DNA of 64,000 nt. Source: Candidatus Bathyarchaeota archaeon (GTDB lineage Archaea; Thermoproteota; Bathyarchaeia; 40CM-2-53-6). The notes below the pieces were generated by a model, which did not search any database, was not told the DNA's origin, and saw only the letters and a program-made list of their open reading frames with translations. Shown here in pieces: positions 17,882-27,449 of this stretch. The DNA lies in assembly GCA_005883075.1 (NCBI GenBank), contig VBAX01000049.1, positions 7,064-71,063 of the forward strand, read 5' to 3'. Numbering within the stretch: the first letter of the stretch is position 1; each line of letters opens with the position of its first letter. A program made the translations under genes and the position numbers.

Positions 17882-20800
17882 CTAGGCGAAATCTCCCACC
17901 AAGAGCTTTGTCTGCGTCCGGTCTTCCTCAGCTGATCGGAACGTCTCGTCCAGTTCAACTTTGATCAGGTCAAGTCTCTGTCGGTAGTAATCGCCGACAC
18001 TGTACCGTTTGACCATATCAAAGGCAACTTGGAGATATTTCTCGACCCCTGCTTTGAATACGGTAGGTCCCAACTTGCCTCCGCATTTCACGCAGACTCC
18101 TTTCAAGGGTGCTCGGCGTGGTTTCCAATTGCACTTTGAGCATCGACATCTCTGCGACGTGAACGTTCGCAAGTTCCCTACCAAATCTCGTAGAATATGG
18201 GTTCCGAGGACTTTCCTAGCAACTTCTTCTCCTCTCACCGCCACGATCTTGTCCGCAAGATCGAGTTGCTCCTTGACTTTATCCAGCATCGTCGGTAGTT
18301 CCTTGTACGCGCTAGTCAATCGCGCGCGGTCTAGGTCTTCCGTAGGGTGGGTAAACCCGATGTTCCAGTTGCCCGACAAAGATTCCCGGGCGTTGTTCAG
18401 GGTCGGGACGAGGTCCTCGACTTCCTTGGGGCTCGCTCCGACTAGTGTTTTCTCGTAGAAAGCGAGGGGGAAAGTGGTGAGTGTTTCGATGTTGAACGCT
18501 TGTCGTGCGACTTCGGTCGCGTTTAGTAGTGGAGCGAGCAACAGCGGGGCGTCCATCAAACCACCAATCCTATCTGGAAGGTATTCTCTAGAGAAGTTCA
18601 ACAGTACATCGAGCAATAGCGATACCGAGTCCTCGTCTCCATCGCAGTCTCGCCGTTTTGCAGCGTGGTATAGGGGATGGGCATAGCAGACGCTCGCTTT
18701 GGTGAATCCGACGATTCTTGCCACTGCGCCAACGGATGTATGAGGCGATAACCCGACGACCAGATGCCCGATTAGGTCTTCCTTTTTCGATGCCTTGTAG
18801 AGCTTGTCCATTCCGTAGTACGAGTTGAGCAGGTCGTCTAGGAACCTGGTTACTTTCAACAGGTACTCGCCGCAAGCTTCCGAGACGACAAGGTCCTGTA
18901 TCTCCAGAGCGCACAACTGTCTCGGGTCCGAGAGCCCGTGACCGTCCATGTCCATGGTGTACCCTATCTCGCGGGCTTTCTCCAGGCTCAGCCCGATTTC
19001 CCCTGGTCTGAACTGGGTTAGTACAGCGTTTGACGCGTCAAACCGTAAGGTCCCGTCTTTGAACACTGAGACATCTGATTTCGCCCGTAACAATGCCTTC
19101 TCTAGGGGCTCGGGCATTCGGGTTTTGTTGATCAAACCTTTCACTCCTTTCACCGATCCTTCCATTTTTCCCAGCTTGAGCCTTCCAACTGCCTCTTCCA
19201 GCATTTCGACCAGGTTTACGTTGACGCTCCGATAGGCGACGAGGGAACCATTACAAGTGGATGACGAATCGTGCGATGTTTGGCCGCACTTGGGACAGTT
19301 CGTACTCATCTTCGTCTCTCGTCCACAGACTGGACACCTGAGTTTCGATTCCCAGCGACCGCATTGCAGACATGATCGATCCACCAGGCCCAACGCTACC
19401 ACGGATTTCCTCGATGCCTCTATCAAGTCACGGCGTGGGCCACCGGCTTGACCCGTTGGAAATAGCCCGTGGACCCGTGGAGTCATGATCCTCTCCTTCG
19501 CTTTTTCTGGGCGTCCCATGCGTGCCCCGACAAAGATCGGCGCCTTGTTCTTTATTGGAAATCCTGCTAGCAAGCTCAGAGCTTCCAGCGAGCTTTGTCC
19601 CTTGACCTGACTTGATGGAACTTCGAGATTCAGAATCGTCCGAAGAACCAGAGCATCATCGTCTCGGAGCTGGATGGCACCCGCCACCATCTTATGCGGC
19701 ATTCGAGCTTGCTCAAGAATGTCCTTCAACTTCTCATCGTAGGGTAGAACGCACGAGTCGTCGAGGTAGTGGATGAGTTTCTCGCGGAGATAGTGTACGT
19801 CTTGGATCGTCACGAGGCTCCAGAAGTAGGTGTAGGCTGGGTGTAGAGGAATTCCGAGTCTCTGGGATAATTCAATTGCCTCGCTGGCTCGCGGTTTGAC
19901 CGAGAACGGGTTGTTAGCGAATTCCCGCAATCGTTCCGGTGAGATATTCAGCAATTGTTGCGCTTTGTTGCTGTTTTCCGGGTCGCGGAGTCTCTCCTCC
20001 AGCAACTGTGCCCACCACGACTCGACAAACCCCGACGGGACAAGCGCTCGATTGTTTTCGAGAAATTCCCCGTATCCTACCATCAGGTCGCCGAGAAACA
20101 GTATCTTCTGAATCTTGTCTCGCAGTGCCTTTGCTTCTTGAGGCGAGTCTACCCTCATCACAGAGCCATCGACGAGCTTCACGACAGGAGGCTCGATGCT
20201 GTCGACCGCATTGACGATCCCAGCCTTCCCTGGCCTTTCCAGTCTCATCTGGACGCCTACCGCAAGAAATCCACCCAGAATTTCCATGGTAGCTGGGTGA
20301 ACACCGACCGATGCCATGCCAGTGTTTCGTGAGCGGCCGTATCGTATTCTGAAACCTCCGGCTGCTCCGGGGAAGGCGAATATTGGGCGTCCGCCGACAA
20401 CGTCTTCCATGAACATGAATTCTTTCGCCTCTTCTCCTTCTGATGACGAGGTCTTCATCATAGCCAACCACCCCCAGCCTTCCAATCCTAGCTTCTCAAC
20501 GATCTTCAGAACCTTGGTTGATCGTCCGAGCAATCCATCATTTACAACTCGTAATGCTCCGCCTCTGACTCTGTTCGTCTCGATCCGCATCAGATTCCGG
20601 TTGACCGCTACTTCGACGGGGTCTGTTTCCACGCCGTTCGGCTCAACGGTCAGGCGCATGATCGCGTCTTTGAGTACGCTGTCCGGGTTCCGGTATTGAA
20701 AGCGGGCGATGGATCGTTCGTAGAGGCGTAGTTCTTCGACGAATCTCATCGCTTCCTGTTCAGACGCGTGATACGGGGGAATGTTCAGTTGCCGACGGAC

Positions 20801-21334
20801 GTAATCGGCAACAATCATCGTCAAACCCATCTCTGTCCCGCCGGCCGATCGCATCGGGCCAGCGAAGTATACGGCTAGGTGCTTTGATCCATCTACGTTT
20901 GTTCGGATCTTGACATCGTGGATTCCCTGTATCGGCGCCACGGTTACCGCCTCATCCAACACTGCTAGCGCCGTACGAACCGCTTGCTCAGCAGCATCCT
21001 CGGGCTCAAGGCTCCCGAAATGGCCCAGAACAATGTCCTCGCTGATTTTCAGCGCTGTTTCTTCGCGCGAGACTAGTTTGCTCAACTCTCGGATTCTAGC
21101 CGCAACCCCGCCTGGTCCAACCGATTTCTCAACTCGCTCAGCTAGATCATAGGTTGTCTGTGATTCGACTTTCCATGAAGGGTCGAGTCCTTTCGACCGG
21201 GCCTCCGAGGCTATCGCGTACTGCCGGTTGTATTCTTCCTCTAATCTCTTCGCATAAACATGGTTTGGCCGGTTCTCTAGGACTTGCACAGCGAGCCTTC
21301 GACTACCCGCCACCGTAAAAGGATTAATGATCAA
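17882..21334 (-). CDS. polC: DNA polymerase D (Pol II) large subunit DP2
   Basis: 1150-aa ORF with DP2-typical length and N-terminus (YAKRLEEEYNRQYAIASEARSKGLDP). It has Cys clusters CLQCGRWESKLRCPVCG..CPKCG and CSKCNWKPRRAPLKGVCVKCGG, and the catalytic region HAAKRRDCDGDEDS. No intein is apparent. Confidence 0.95.
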   Translation of the reverse strand: MIINPFTVAGSRRLAVQVLENRPNHVYAKRLEEEYNRQYAIASEARSKGLDPSWKVESQTTYDLAERVEKSVGPGGVAARIRELSKLVSREETALKISEDIVLGHFGSLEPEDAAEQAVRTALAVLDEAVTVAPIQGIHDVKIRTNVDGSKHLAVYFAGPMRSAGGTEMGLTMIVADYVRRQLNIPPYHASEQEAMRFVEELRLYERSIARFQYRNPDSVLKDAIMRLTVEPNGVETDPVEVAVNRNLMRIETNRVRGGALRVVNDGLLGRSTKVLKIVEKLGLEGWGWLAMMKTSSSEGEEAKEFMFMEDVVGGRPIFAFPGAAGGFRIRYGRSRNTGMASVGVHPATMEILGGFLAVGVQMRLERPGKAGIVNAVDSIEPPVVKLVDGSVMRVDSPQEAKALRDKIQKILFLGDLMVGYGEFLENNRALVPSGFVESWWAQLLEERLRDPENSNKAQQLLNISPERLREFANNPFSVKPRASEAIELSQRLGIPLHPAYTYFWSLVTIQDVHYLREKLIHYLDDSCVLPYDEKLKDILEQARMPHKMVAGAIQLRDDDALVLRTILNLEVPSSQVKGQSSLEALSLLAGFPIKNKAPIFVGARMGRPEKAKERIMTPRVHGLFPTGQAGGPRRDLIEASRKSVVALGLVDRSCLQCGRWESKLRCPVCGRETKMSTNCPKCGQTSHDSSSTCNGSLVAYRSVNVNLVEMLEEAVGRLKLGKMEGSVKGVKGLINKTRMPEPLEKALLRAKSDVSVFKDGTLRFDASNAVLTQFRPGEIGLSLEKAREIGYTMDMDGHGLSDPRQLCALEIQDLVVSEACGEYLLKVTRFLDDLLNSYYGMDKLYKASKKEDLIGHLVVGLSPHTSVGAVARIVGFTKASVCYAHPLYHAAKRRDCDGDEDSVSLLLDVLLNFSREYLPDRIGGLMDAPLLLAPLLNATEVARQAFNIETLTTFPLAFYEKTLVGASPKEVEDLVPTLNNARESLSGNWNIGFTHPTEDLDRARLTSAYKELPTMLDKVKEQLDLADKIVAVRGEEVARKVLGTHILRDLVGNLRTFTSQRCRCSKCNWKPRRAPLKGVCVKCGGKLGPTVFKAGVEKYLQVAFDMVKRYSVGDYYRQRLDLIKVELDETFRSAEEDRTQTKLLVGDFA

Positions 21335-21428
21335 TTTCTTGTTGAGATACCCGAAACTGTTTCCAGGTTAGGTGATTACGCTGATTTGTGAAGAGCGAAT
21401 CTTAAGAGTCAGATGCGGATAACCTGAG

Positions 21429-21941
21429 ATGCGACACGCGATGAGTGATCGTTCGCGAGTCGGGAACACGGGAAGACGTTCTGCCTGGGATAACAGAACA
21501 TCGGTACGTCGGCTTCACGGTATCGAATATCGAATGCTCGAGGACTCAGATGACATCCATGATTTCGTCAACACCGAGGTACGGAAGGAACTGGACGCAG
21601 ACTTCGAGAGCATGGGTGAAGATCCCCGACATGACGCTCTCCTCAACTCGCTGGCGAAGCGGAAATGGAAGTTGGAAATTGTCGGTGTTGACGAGATTCG
21701 GATGAATCCTTTGATCCTGAACTCCGCTGACCTCAAGACTGGTCGAAAGTTCGTGGAGAGATTGAGAGAACGTCGGTCAGAGCTTCGTAAGGCGTTGGAG
21801 ACCGGTGGAACGGTTATCTGGCCCATAGTCCTCCTGCGTGAACAACAACTACTTGTCGATGGATATTGTCGCCATTCTACCCTTCAGGAAATGAATATTC
21901 CCGAGGCATATGGCTACGTAGGACGCTTCGTCGACAAGTGA
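21429..21941 (+). CDS. ParB/sulfiredoxin-like domain protein
   Basis: The C-terminal half reads IVGVDEIRMNP....VIWPIVLLREQQLLVDGYCRHSTLQEMNI, which fits the ParB N-domain pattern (..NPR.. / ..lvDGhHR..). The true start may be the Met at 21534. Confidence 0.55.
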   Translation: MRHAMSDRSRVGNTGRRSAWDNRTSVRRLHGIEYRMLEDSDDIHDFVNTEVRKELDADFESMGEDPRHDALLNSLAKRKWKLEIVGVDEIRMNPLILNSADLKTGRKFVERLRERRSELRKALETGGTVIWPIVLLREQQLLVDGYCRHSTLQEMNIPEAYGYVGRFVDK

Positions 21942-22149
21942 ACCGATCCGTCTGAATATGACTTGGGTCGCCACGCTCGAACTCGAGTCGTACAACCCGT
22001 ATTTACACGGCTAGATTTCACCTATCAAGTATTCTACTACATGTTGCTCTGAAGCTTATTTGCTAGGAACCTCTATTCTATTGTCGGTTCAAGTCGTGTC
22101 CACTGCGTTCACCAGGGTGCTGGTCAAAGGCGAAAAGGGACAGAGGGAT

Positions 22150-22467
22150 ATGCAAAGAATTCCAATTGACACCAGTGCTTTCTTCACGATTCTGCCCTCC
22201 GAAATCCTCTTCGAGATAGGGGCATACCCCGAGGACTTGAAAGCAAGGCTCGAACTTGAACGGGGAGATTCTCTGGAAGCCCGGGTCTATTCTGTCGTCG
22301 TCGCCGCTCAGGGACGAGAGGACGTTACCCTCGCCGTCACCTTCGAAGGTGCCCAGCCAGTTCTGGGCGCAAAGTTTCTGGAAGATCTTGGCCTGGACGT
22401 CGATTCTGAATCTGGCCTATTGGAGCCATCGGGGCATCATGTCTTCGCTTTCAACTACGAACCTTAG
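22150..22467 (+). CDS. retropepsin-like (clan AA) aspartic protease-like protein
   Basis: Starting at the internal Met gives about 105 aa. MQRIPIDTSAFFTILPSEIL contains the D-T/S-G/S-A active-site-like triad, and the C-terminal part reads VLGAKFLEDLGLDVDSESGLL. This is a weak, motif-level call. Confidence 0.5.
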   Translation: MQRIPIDTSAFFTILPSEILFEIGAYPEDLKARLELERGDSLEARVYSVVVAAQGREDVTLAVTFEGAQPVLGAKFLEDLGLDVDSESGLLEPSGHHVFAFNYEP

Positions 22468-22470
22468 AAA

Positions 22471-23553
22471 ATGTCCTCTAGCACTCGTGCCAGGATCATA
22501 CTGCACTGTGACTTGGACGCTTTCTATCCCTCGTGCGAGATTCACCGGGACCCTTCACTGAAGGGCAAGGCATTGATCGTGGGCGCGGACCCGAAGAATG
22601 GCAAAGGGCGTGGCGTTGTCACGTCTTGCTCGTATGAGGCGAGGAAGTTTGGGGTTCGATCTGGAATGCCGATTAGTATGGCCTGGAAGCTTTGTCCCCA
22701 AGGGATCTTTGTGCCGCCTGATTTTGAACTCTATGGTGAAACCTCGGAAAGAGTGATGGATATCATGCGTGGCTTTGCGGATATTTTCGAACAGACCAGT
22801 ATCGACGAGGCCTACATGGACGTCAGCAAGAGATGCAAGACCTACGATGACGCAAAAGTTCTAGCTTCCAATCTGAAAGAGACTCTGAAGGAGCGAGAGG
22901 GTCTCACTGTAAGCGTTGGGATCTCGCCTAGCAAGTCGATCTCTAAGATGGCCTCGGACATGCAGAAACCAGACGGGCTTACCCTTGTTCAACGGGAAGA
23001 GGTCGACAAGTTTCTCGAACCGTTACCTGTCAATAAGATCAGCGGAGTAGGCAAGAAGACAACTGAATTTCTCCAGAGCAAGGGAATCGGGTCTATTGGT
23101 CAATTGCGCAAAGTAGAGGCGAAAAAGCTCACGGACTGGTTTGGAAAAGGCGGGGTATGGCTTTGGGCAATCGCCAACGGGATCGAGGAGACACCTGTGG
23201 AAGAGAGAGGACTACGAAAGTCAATTAGTGTGGAACAAACATTCGAGAGAGACATCCAGAACAAGACGATGGTCCGGGACGCCTTAGAGTCTCTGAGTCA
23301 CGAGGTTCACAACAGGCTGCTGGGTGAAGGATTGTGGTATCGCACTGTTGGCATCAAGGTACGATTCGAAGGGTTCATAACGTTTACCCGAGAAAAAACT
23401 CATACGGGATATGTAGATGACCTCGGGGTCATCCGGGAGTACGTAACATTGCTGTTCAGAGAGTTCGAGAAAGACCGGCGGAAGATGAGGCTAGTGGGGG
23501 TTAGGCTTTCTGACCTAAAGCCATCTGAAGGTAAGCAGGTAAAACTCGCCTGA
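22471..23553 (+). CDS. dinB: Y-family DNA polymerase IV (Dpo4/DinB)
   Basis: 360-aa ORF with ILHCDLDAFYPSCE, SYEARKFGVRSGMP, SIDEAYMDVS and SVGISPSKSISKMASDMQKPDG. Confidence 0.9.
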   Translation: MSSSTRARIILHCDLDAFYPSCEIHRDPSLKGKALIVGADPKNGKGRGVVTSCSYEARKFGVRSGMPISMAWKLCPQGIFVPPDFELYGETSERVMDIMRGFADIFEQTSIDEAYMDVSKRCKTYDDAKVLASNLKETLKEREGLTVSVGISPSKSISKMASDMQKPDGLTLVQREEVDKFLEPLPVNKISGVGKKTTEFLQSKGIGSIGQLRKVEAKKLTDWFGKGGVWLWAIANGIEETPVEERGLRKSISVEQTFERDIQNKTMVRDALESLSHEVHNRLLGEGLWYRTVGIKVRFEGFITFTREKTHTGYVDDLGVIREYVTLLFREFEKDRRKMRLVGVRLSDLKPSEGKQVKLA

Positions 23554-23557
23554 CAAT

Positions 23558-24208
23558 CTATTGGTTGCGATTGGTTTCGTAAATCTGCAGACCCCACGAT
23601 TTGAAGAGGTCTAGACTCCTTGCTCTTCCGATGATGTTGAGAAGCACAAAGCCGCCGATGTTTATCGCTACCACTTCTCCCGCGAGAATCCCTAGGATCG
23701 ACAGGGCTAGTGGTATAGAGAAAGCAACGCTGAGGTAGCCTCCTACCACCACAGAAATCAGCGCCGTCTCGACAAGAGTAGCAACGAACCAGCTCATATT
23801 CCAATTTCTAATCTTCCAACCTCGTTGGCCGATCTTCCATGCTAGGAATCCGGTGAGAAGATTGACAAAGCTTCCACCCGCAATATCCAGTCCGATCGAG
23901 GCTGAAGGGAATCCTGTTATCGAATCCGCAGCGAAATTACCCACCACGGTTCCAATTCCCAGTCCGAGGATTGCAGGCCATCCGAAAAGGATGGCGAGAG
24001 GCATCAGGGCGTCTGCAACCCTCACCTGAATCGGAAGATTGCTGATTGGAGCGAATCCAATGACGAGCGCTGAGTAGAGTGCTCCAAATACGGCTGCTAG
24101 TGCGAGGTTCCTAGAACGGGAAACTGTGATTCTATCTTTGGTTTCTCTTCTCATTTGCCTCCCTACTCCGGGGTTTCTATGGCGCAACGGGTGGAAGGCC
24201 CCACTCAC
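23558..24208 (-). CDS. multi-pass membrane protein, QueT/ECF S-component-like
   Basis: 216-aa ORF with 5-6 hydrophobic helices. FAPISNLPIQVRVADALMPLAILFG resembles the QueT family. The call is tentative, and an internal start is possible. Confidence 0.45.
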   Translation of the reverse strand: MSGAFHPLRHRNPGVGRQMRRETKDRITVSRSRNLALAAVFGALYSALVIGFAPISNLPIQVRVADALMPLAILFGWPAILGLGIGTVVGNFAADSITGFPSASIGLDIAGGSFVNLLTGFLAWKIGQRGWKIRNWNMSWFVATLVETALISVVVGGYLSVAFSIPLALSILGILAGEVVAINIGGFVLLNIIGRARSLDLFKSWGLQIYETNRNQ

Positions 24209-24290
24209 GCGCCGGTTGATTTCAACGAATAAGGCGGCGTTGTTTTAAGACTTGCTAGGATTCCTGAGGATCCGTTTGTTAGAACAATTC

Positions 24291-24542
24291 CTAAGACGAG
24301 CTAGCTAGTTCTGGACTGAAGGCTTGAGTGAGCGTCATCAGTCTATCGTAGGCTATCCGGTGCCGCAGAGTAATCTTCTCTGGTTTTCCTTCCTCCGGTG
24401 AAATTACGATATGACCTGTTCCCAGTAGGCCTGGTTTTTGAGTTCTATTGACAAGAAAATCGTTCCCGGACCAGAGCATTTGTCCGATTAGGTTATGGAG
24501 GCCCGAGTTCAAAATTCTTTGGTAGTTAGGATGTGTGGGCAA
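24291..24542 (-). CDS. hypothetical protein
   Basis: 83-aa ORF with no recognised motif. Retained only because it fills an otherwise empty co-directional gap. Confidence 0.3.
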   Translation of the reverse strand: MPTHPNYQRILNSGLHNLIGQMLWSGNDFLVNRTQKPGLLGTGHIVISPEEGKPEKITLRHRIAYDRLMTLTQAFSPELASSS

Positions 24543-24603
24543 TCGGGTCGCTCGTTGGATGCGCGAAATAAAGGAGGGATAGTTTCCGAAGAGGTCTCTA
24601 CGA

Positions 24604-24819
24604 TTAGGCCTGTATTGTTGCTTCCACGGAGACGGCCCGTGCTAGGGCCTGTTCTGGAGTAAGATCCATGCTGTGGATGTCTTTCGCATGAAGCTGGACA
24701 TGTTTCACTAGCTCATCGTCAGATGGGGTCCGTAGCATGAAACCACAGTCGCAAGTTACTTGTTTCGTCAAGTTTGCTCGCCTTGGCTCGTTCGTAGTCG
24801 TCCCTAATAAAATGGCCAC
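24604..24819 (-). CDS. DUF1059 family small metal-binding protein
   Basis: KQVTCDCGFMLRTPSDDELVKHVQLHAKDIHSMDLTPEQ matches the DUF1059 pattern (C.C.f.v...de.el...v..H....H). The start is probably internal or an alternative codon. Confidence 0.6.
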   Translation of the reverse strand: MAILLGTTTNEPRRANLTKQVTCDCGFMLRTPSDDELVKHVQLHAKDIHSMDLTPEQALARAVSVEATIQA

Positions 24820-24850
24820 TATCGGTCTAGATGCGATTCGTAGCTTTGCG

Positions 24851-25114
24851 TCAGCGACGTGGTCTGATAGAGGGCCAGTTGTCGGCGACTATTCCTCGGG
24901 GGGTCTCCTTTACCCAGTCTGGGATAATCACGGCTCGCAGAAGTTCTTGCACGGAAATTCCTCGGTCTATTGCAGCGCCGGTTAGGACGCGATAGTTCTC
25001 GTCGCGAAGCGACATCATGAATTTTGTCAAAATAATACCACCTCCCATCGCCGCCGCCCCTAATAGAGTCATGTTCCGAGTCCTTATTTTTGCAGCCTCT
25101 TCAAACCTCGACAA
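24851..25114 (-). CDS. hypothetical protein with one TM helix
   Basis: 87-aa ORF with the hydrophobic segment MTLLGAAAMGGGIILTKFMM. No family recognised. Confidence 0.35.
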   Translation of the reverse strand: MSRFEEAAKIRTRNMTLLGAAAMGGGIILTKFMMSLRDENYRVLTGAAIDRGISVQELLRAVIIPDWVKETPRGIVADNWPSIRPRR

Positions 25115-25278
25115 CTCAGGAGAGGAGAATCGTGATTCTCAATGAGGAGAGATATCCACACGCTGGCGGGATAGCATTACTATGCGGTCTTCTCCAAAGA
25201 TTCTGGTAGGAGAAGTTCCTGGTTGCTCTGGAATAGGCTAATAATCGCGACCTAACGAACCAGTTTCAGGATCCGGTA

Positions 25279-25659
25279 ATGAGGCTTAGCAAGTTATCTT
25301 ATGTGACGCTCTGGGCAGTTCATTTCGATCAGGTCAAGGATCTCTACAAGGAAACTCTCGGTCTTCCCGTTGCCCAGGAGAATGAGAACTTCGTCATGTT
25401 CGATACGAAAGGGTCAGGGCTCGCGTTCCACCGGCTCACCAAAGCTCCGCCGCTCTCCCGCTCAACTGTCGAAGTGCACTTGGAGGTGAACGATGTCGAT
25501 AAAGTCTACTCGTCTCTCAAGTCTAAAGGCGTGAAGTTCGACGGTCCTCCTGCGAACCGGCCCTGGGGCACTCGATCAGCGGGCTTCAAGGACCCCGAGG
25601 GGTTCGTGGTGGAGATCGTGGGTCCCTTGAAACCAGGCGAGCCCTCGAAGGGCAACTAG
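25279..25659 (+). CDS. VOC family protein (glyoxalase/bleomycin-resistance fold)
   Basis: 126-aa ORF with LSYVTLWAVHFDQVKDLYKETLGLPV, VEVHLEVNDVDKVY and FKDPEGFVVEIV. Confidence 0.8.
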   Translation: MRLSKLSYVTLWAVHFDQVKDLYKETLGLPVAQENENFVMFDTKGSGLAFHRLTKAPPLSRSTVEVHLEVNDVDKVYSSLKSKGVKFDGPPANRPWGTRSAGFKDPEGFVVEIVGPLKPGEPSKGN

Positions 25660-25669
25660 CGCCCCATGT

Positions 25670-26044
25670 TTACTCGTGCTTATGTTTCGGCTTGGCCTTC
25701 TTTTTCTCCGGCGTTAGAACCGGTGTTTGTGGGAACAAGTACGGGGTTGTTTGAGCCGCAGTCGGTGGCGAGCCTACACGTTCCGGTAGGTTCACTTCAT
25801 GCTTCTCAGGCGAGGTAACCTCTAGGATCCCACTCTGGCTTAGGACTCTGTAGTGGTTTAGGCCTTGGTGGTGGAGGAACTTGTGGAGTAGTAGTTTGAC
25901 TTGTTTGGTTTTTGCCCCCTCGATCTGAAGTTGCGTGCCCTTGGTTCTCATCTTGCCCTCGACCTTCGATTTCAGGAACTGGGTTGCTTCGCTCGCTCGG
26001 TCATGCAATTCTTTCAGCTCGACTGTCAGCACGGTTTTCGGCAT
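25670..26044 (-). CDS. hypothetical small basic protein
   Basis: 124-aa ORF with an ATG start and a Lys-rich C-terminal tail (PEKKKAKPKHKHE). No family securely recognised. Confidence 0.55.
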   Translation of the reverse strand: MPKTVLTVELKELHDRASEATQFLKSKVEGKMRTKGTQLQIEGAKTKQVKLLLHKFLHHQGLNHYRVLSQSGILEVTSPEKHEVNLPERVGSPPTAAQTTPYLFPQTPVLTPEKKKAKPKHKHE

Positions 26045-26164
26045 GCTAAATCATACCGGAAGTCTTGACCGTTTAAGACTAGAGCATATTCTATCGCATA
26101 CGACCCCGGATATCGCCCATTTTAACCCCTGATTCCGAATCTGAGCCCACGAGTTCTAGAACAT

Positions 26165-26270
26165 GATCTTCCACGCTTATCCTTAGGGGAATCCACGGGG
26201 ATCGAAAAAGGCAAAACAGGCCGATAACATACCCGTCTCAAAGAAACAATCGCAAATCTGGTTCAGACAG
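26165..26270 (+). repeat. dispersed intergenic repeat family 2, copy X
   Basis: Aligns by hand with the reverse complement of 35361..35465. Exact blocks are TTCCACGCTTATC (13), TCCACGGGGATC (12), GCCGATAAC (9) and ACCCGTCTC (9). Identity is roughly three quarters over about 105 nt, with weaker similarity continuing on both sides. Confidence 0.65.
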
Positions 26271-26674
26271 GAAACGGGTCATAGAAAAATGACCCAGATT
26301 GTGTTGAAGGTTCCGCGACGCAAGAGCGGTTGAAGGGAAACCTCTGATCCACGAAATCGCCCATTATCAGCCCTGATCGCGATTCTAGGACCCCCTCCAA
26401 CTCTCCCCTGAAAATCGTTCGGGTTTGGCCGACATAATGGCGAGTTTCGCCTTGCGATCTAAGCCTGGAGTACGCCTGGAATGCAGAGACTCGCCCAGAA
26501 TCAATACCAGACAGCAAGTCACTCATCCAAAAAAGGGGGTATTAGCCAAGCATCTCGCGACTCACAAGCGGTTTCTGCGTTCTTTGTTCTTACTATTGTT
26601 CCGTGAGAAACTCGGGTCAGCATTATAGCCACATATTCCGTTCCATATCTTGTGATTGATGCTGTAGTGCTGGT

Positions 26675-26890
26675 ATGCTCAAGACCAAGATAGTCGCCTT
26701 CCTCGGCCTCGCCCTGACACTCTCGTCTCTCCTGTTAGGTTCCCAGACGCTCGGATACTCACGATCAGTCCTCAGTCTACAACTCGGCGGCTTATTCCTC
26801 GTTCTTGGCGGATTCTTTAGATTATTCGACAACCACAGTATACAAGGTGTCCTCGCAGGCCTGTATGACCTTGAGGCGACGATGCGCTAA
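26675..26890 (+). CDS. possible small membrane protein
   Basis: 71-aa ORF with two hydrophobic helices (IVAFLGLALTLSSLLLG, LGGLFLVLGGFF). No other support. Confidence 0.35.
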   Translation: MLKTKIVAFLGLALTLSSLLLGSQTLGYSRSVLSLQLGGLFLVLGGFFRLFDNHSIQGVLAGLYDLEATMR

Positions 26891-26903
26891 AGGTTTCTCG
26901 ATT

Positions 26904-27353
26904 CTAAGCTTCGTCCTTGTAGAACTTCGCTAGGTCTAGCGATTCCCGCGTCTGCTTCTCTAATTCCTCCATCGTCGGGTACACTGCCCTGTAAACCTCC
27001 AGAACACCCTTCTTCGATCTCACATGCACCAAATACGTTGGATACGCAGCATGCCGAAACACCTTCTTGCTCTCCCAGGACTCTGCCCGGTCATCCTCTG
27101 TAAAGCGAACATGAACGTTCGCGAAATGCACCCTTCCGCCAAGATCCAAGTTCATTTTTTGCGCAAGCTCCCGAAACAGCGGCTTCTGTTCCATACAACC
27201 TGAACATCCGTCCCTAGTGAGCGCAGTCACATAGACGACGCCTGACTCTTTCACGAGAGCTTCAACCGCCCCGTCATCCGCTAATCCCTTCAATCGTTGA
27301 AAATCGATCACTTCCACGCTTTTGCCAGAAATGACCTGGCTAGAAACCGTCAA
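26904..27353 (-). CDS. thioredoxin-fold protein (CxxC)
   Basis: 149-aa ORF with VYVTALTRDGCSGCMEQKPLF, a CSGC redox motif in a thioredoxin-like context. Confidence 0.65.
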   Translation of the reverse strand: MTVSSQVISGKSVEVIDFQRLKGLADDGAVEALVKESGVVYVTALTRDGCSGCMEQKPLFRELAQKMNLDLGGRVHFANVHVRFTEDDRAESWESKKVFRHAAYPTYLVHVRSKKGVLEVYRAVYPTMEELEKQTRESLDLAKFYKDEA

Positions 27354-27449
27354 AGCGACTCTCTAGAAAACCAGTCATATGTTCGATATAAGAATAAACT
27401 CTGTAGCCATCGCGGTTCAGTGGACAAAAAAGAGGGACGTGGTCCCTGT

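Noticed and set aside
25670-26044. Possible resemblance of the 124-aa basic protein to eukaryotic ribosomal protein eL22. The strings ATQFLKSKVEGK and KLLLHKFLHHQGLNHYRVLSQ vaguely recall FEQFLQERIKVNGK and [21 protein letters not shown].
   Set aside because: The similarity is short, requires deleting a central strand, and was judged by eye from memory only. It is not supportable without a profile search (HHpred), so the protein is left as hypothetical.
26263-26628. ORFs 26263..26526 (minus, 87 aa), 26425..26628 (plus) and 26623..26832 (minus) in the 630-nt gap after 26044.
   Set aside because: They have no recognisable motifs, overlap each other, and one overlaps repeat copy X. The region is better described as non-coding with a repeat element, though a small gene cannot be excluded.
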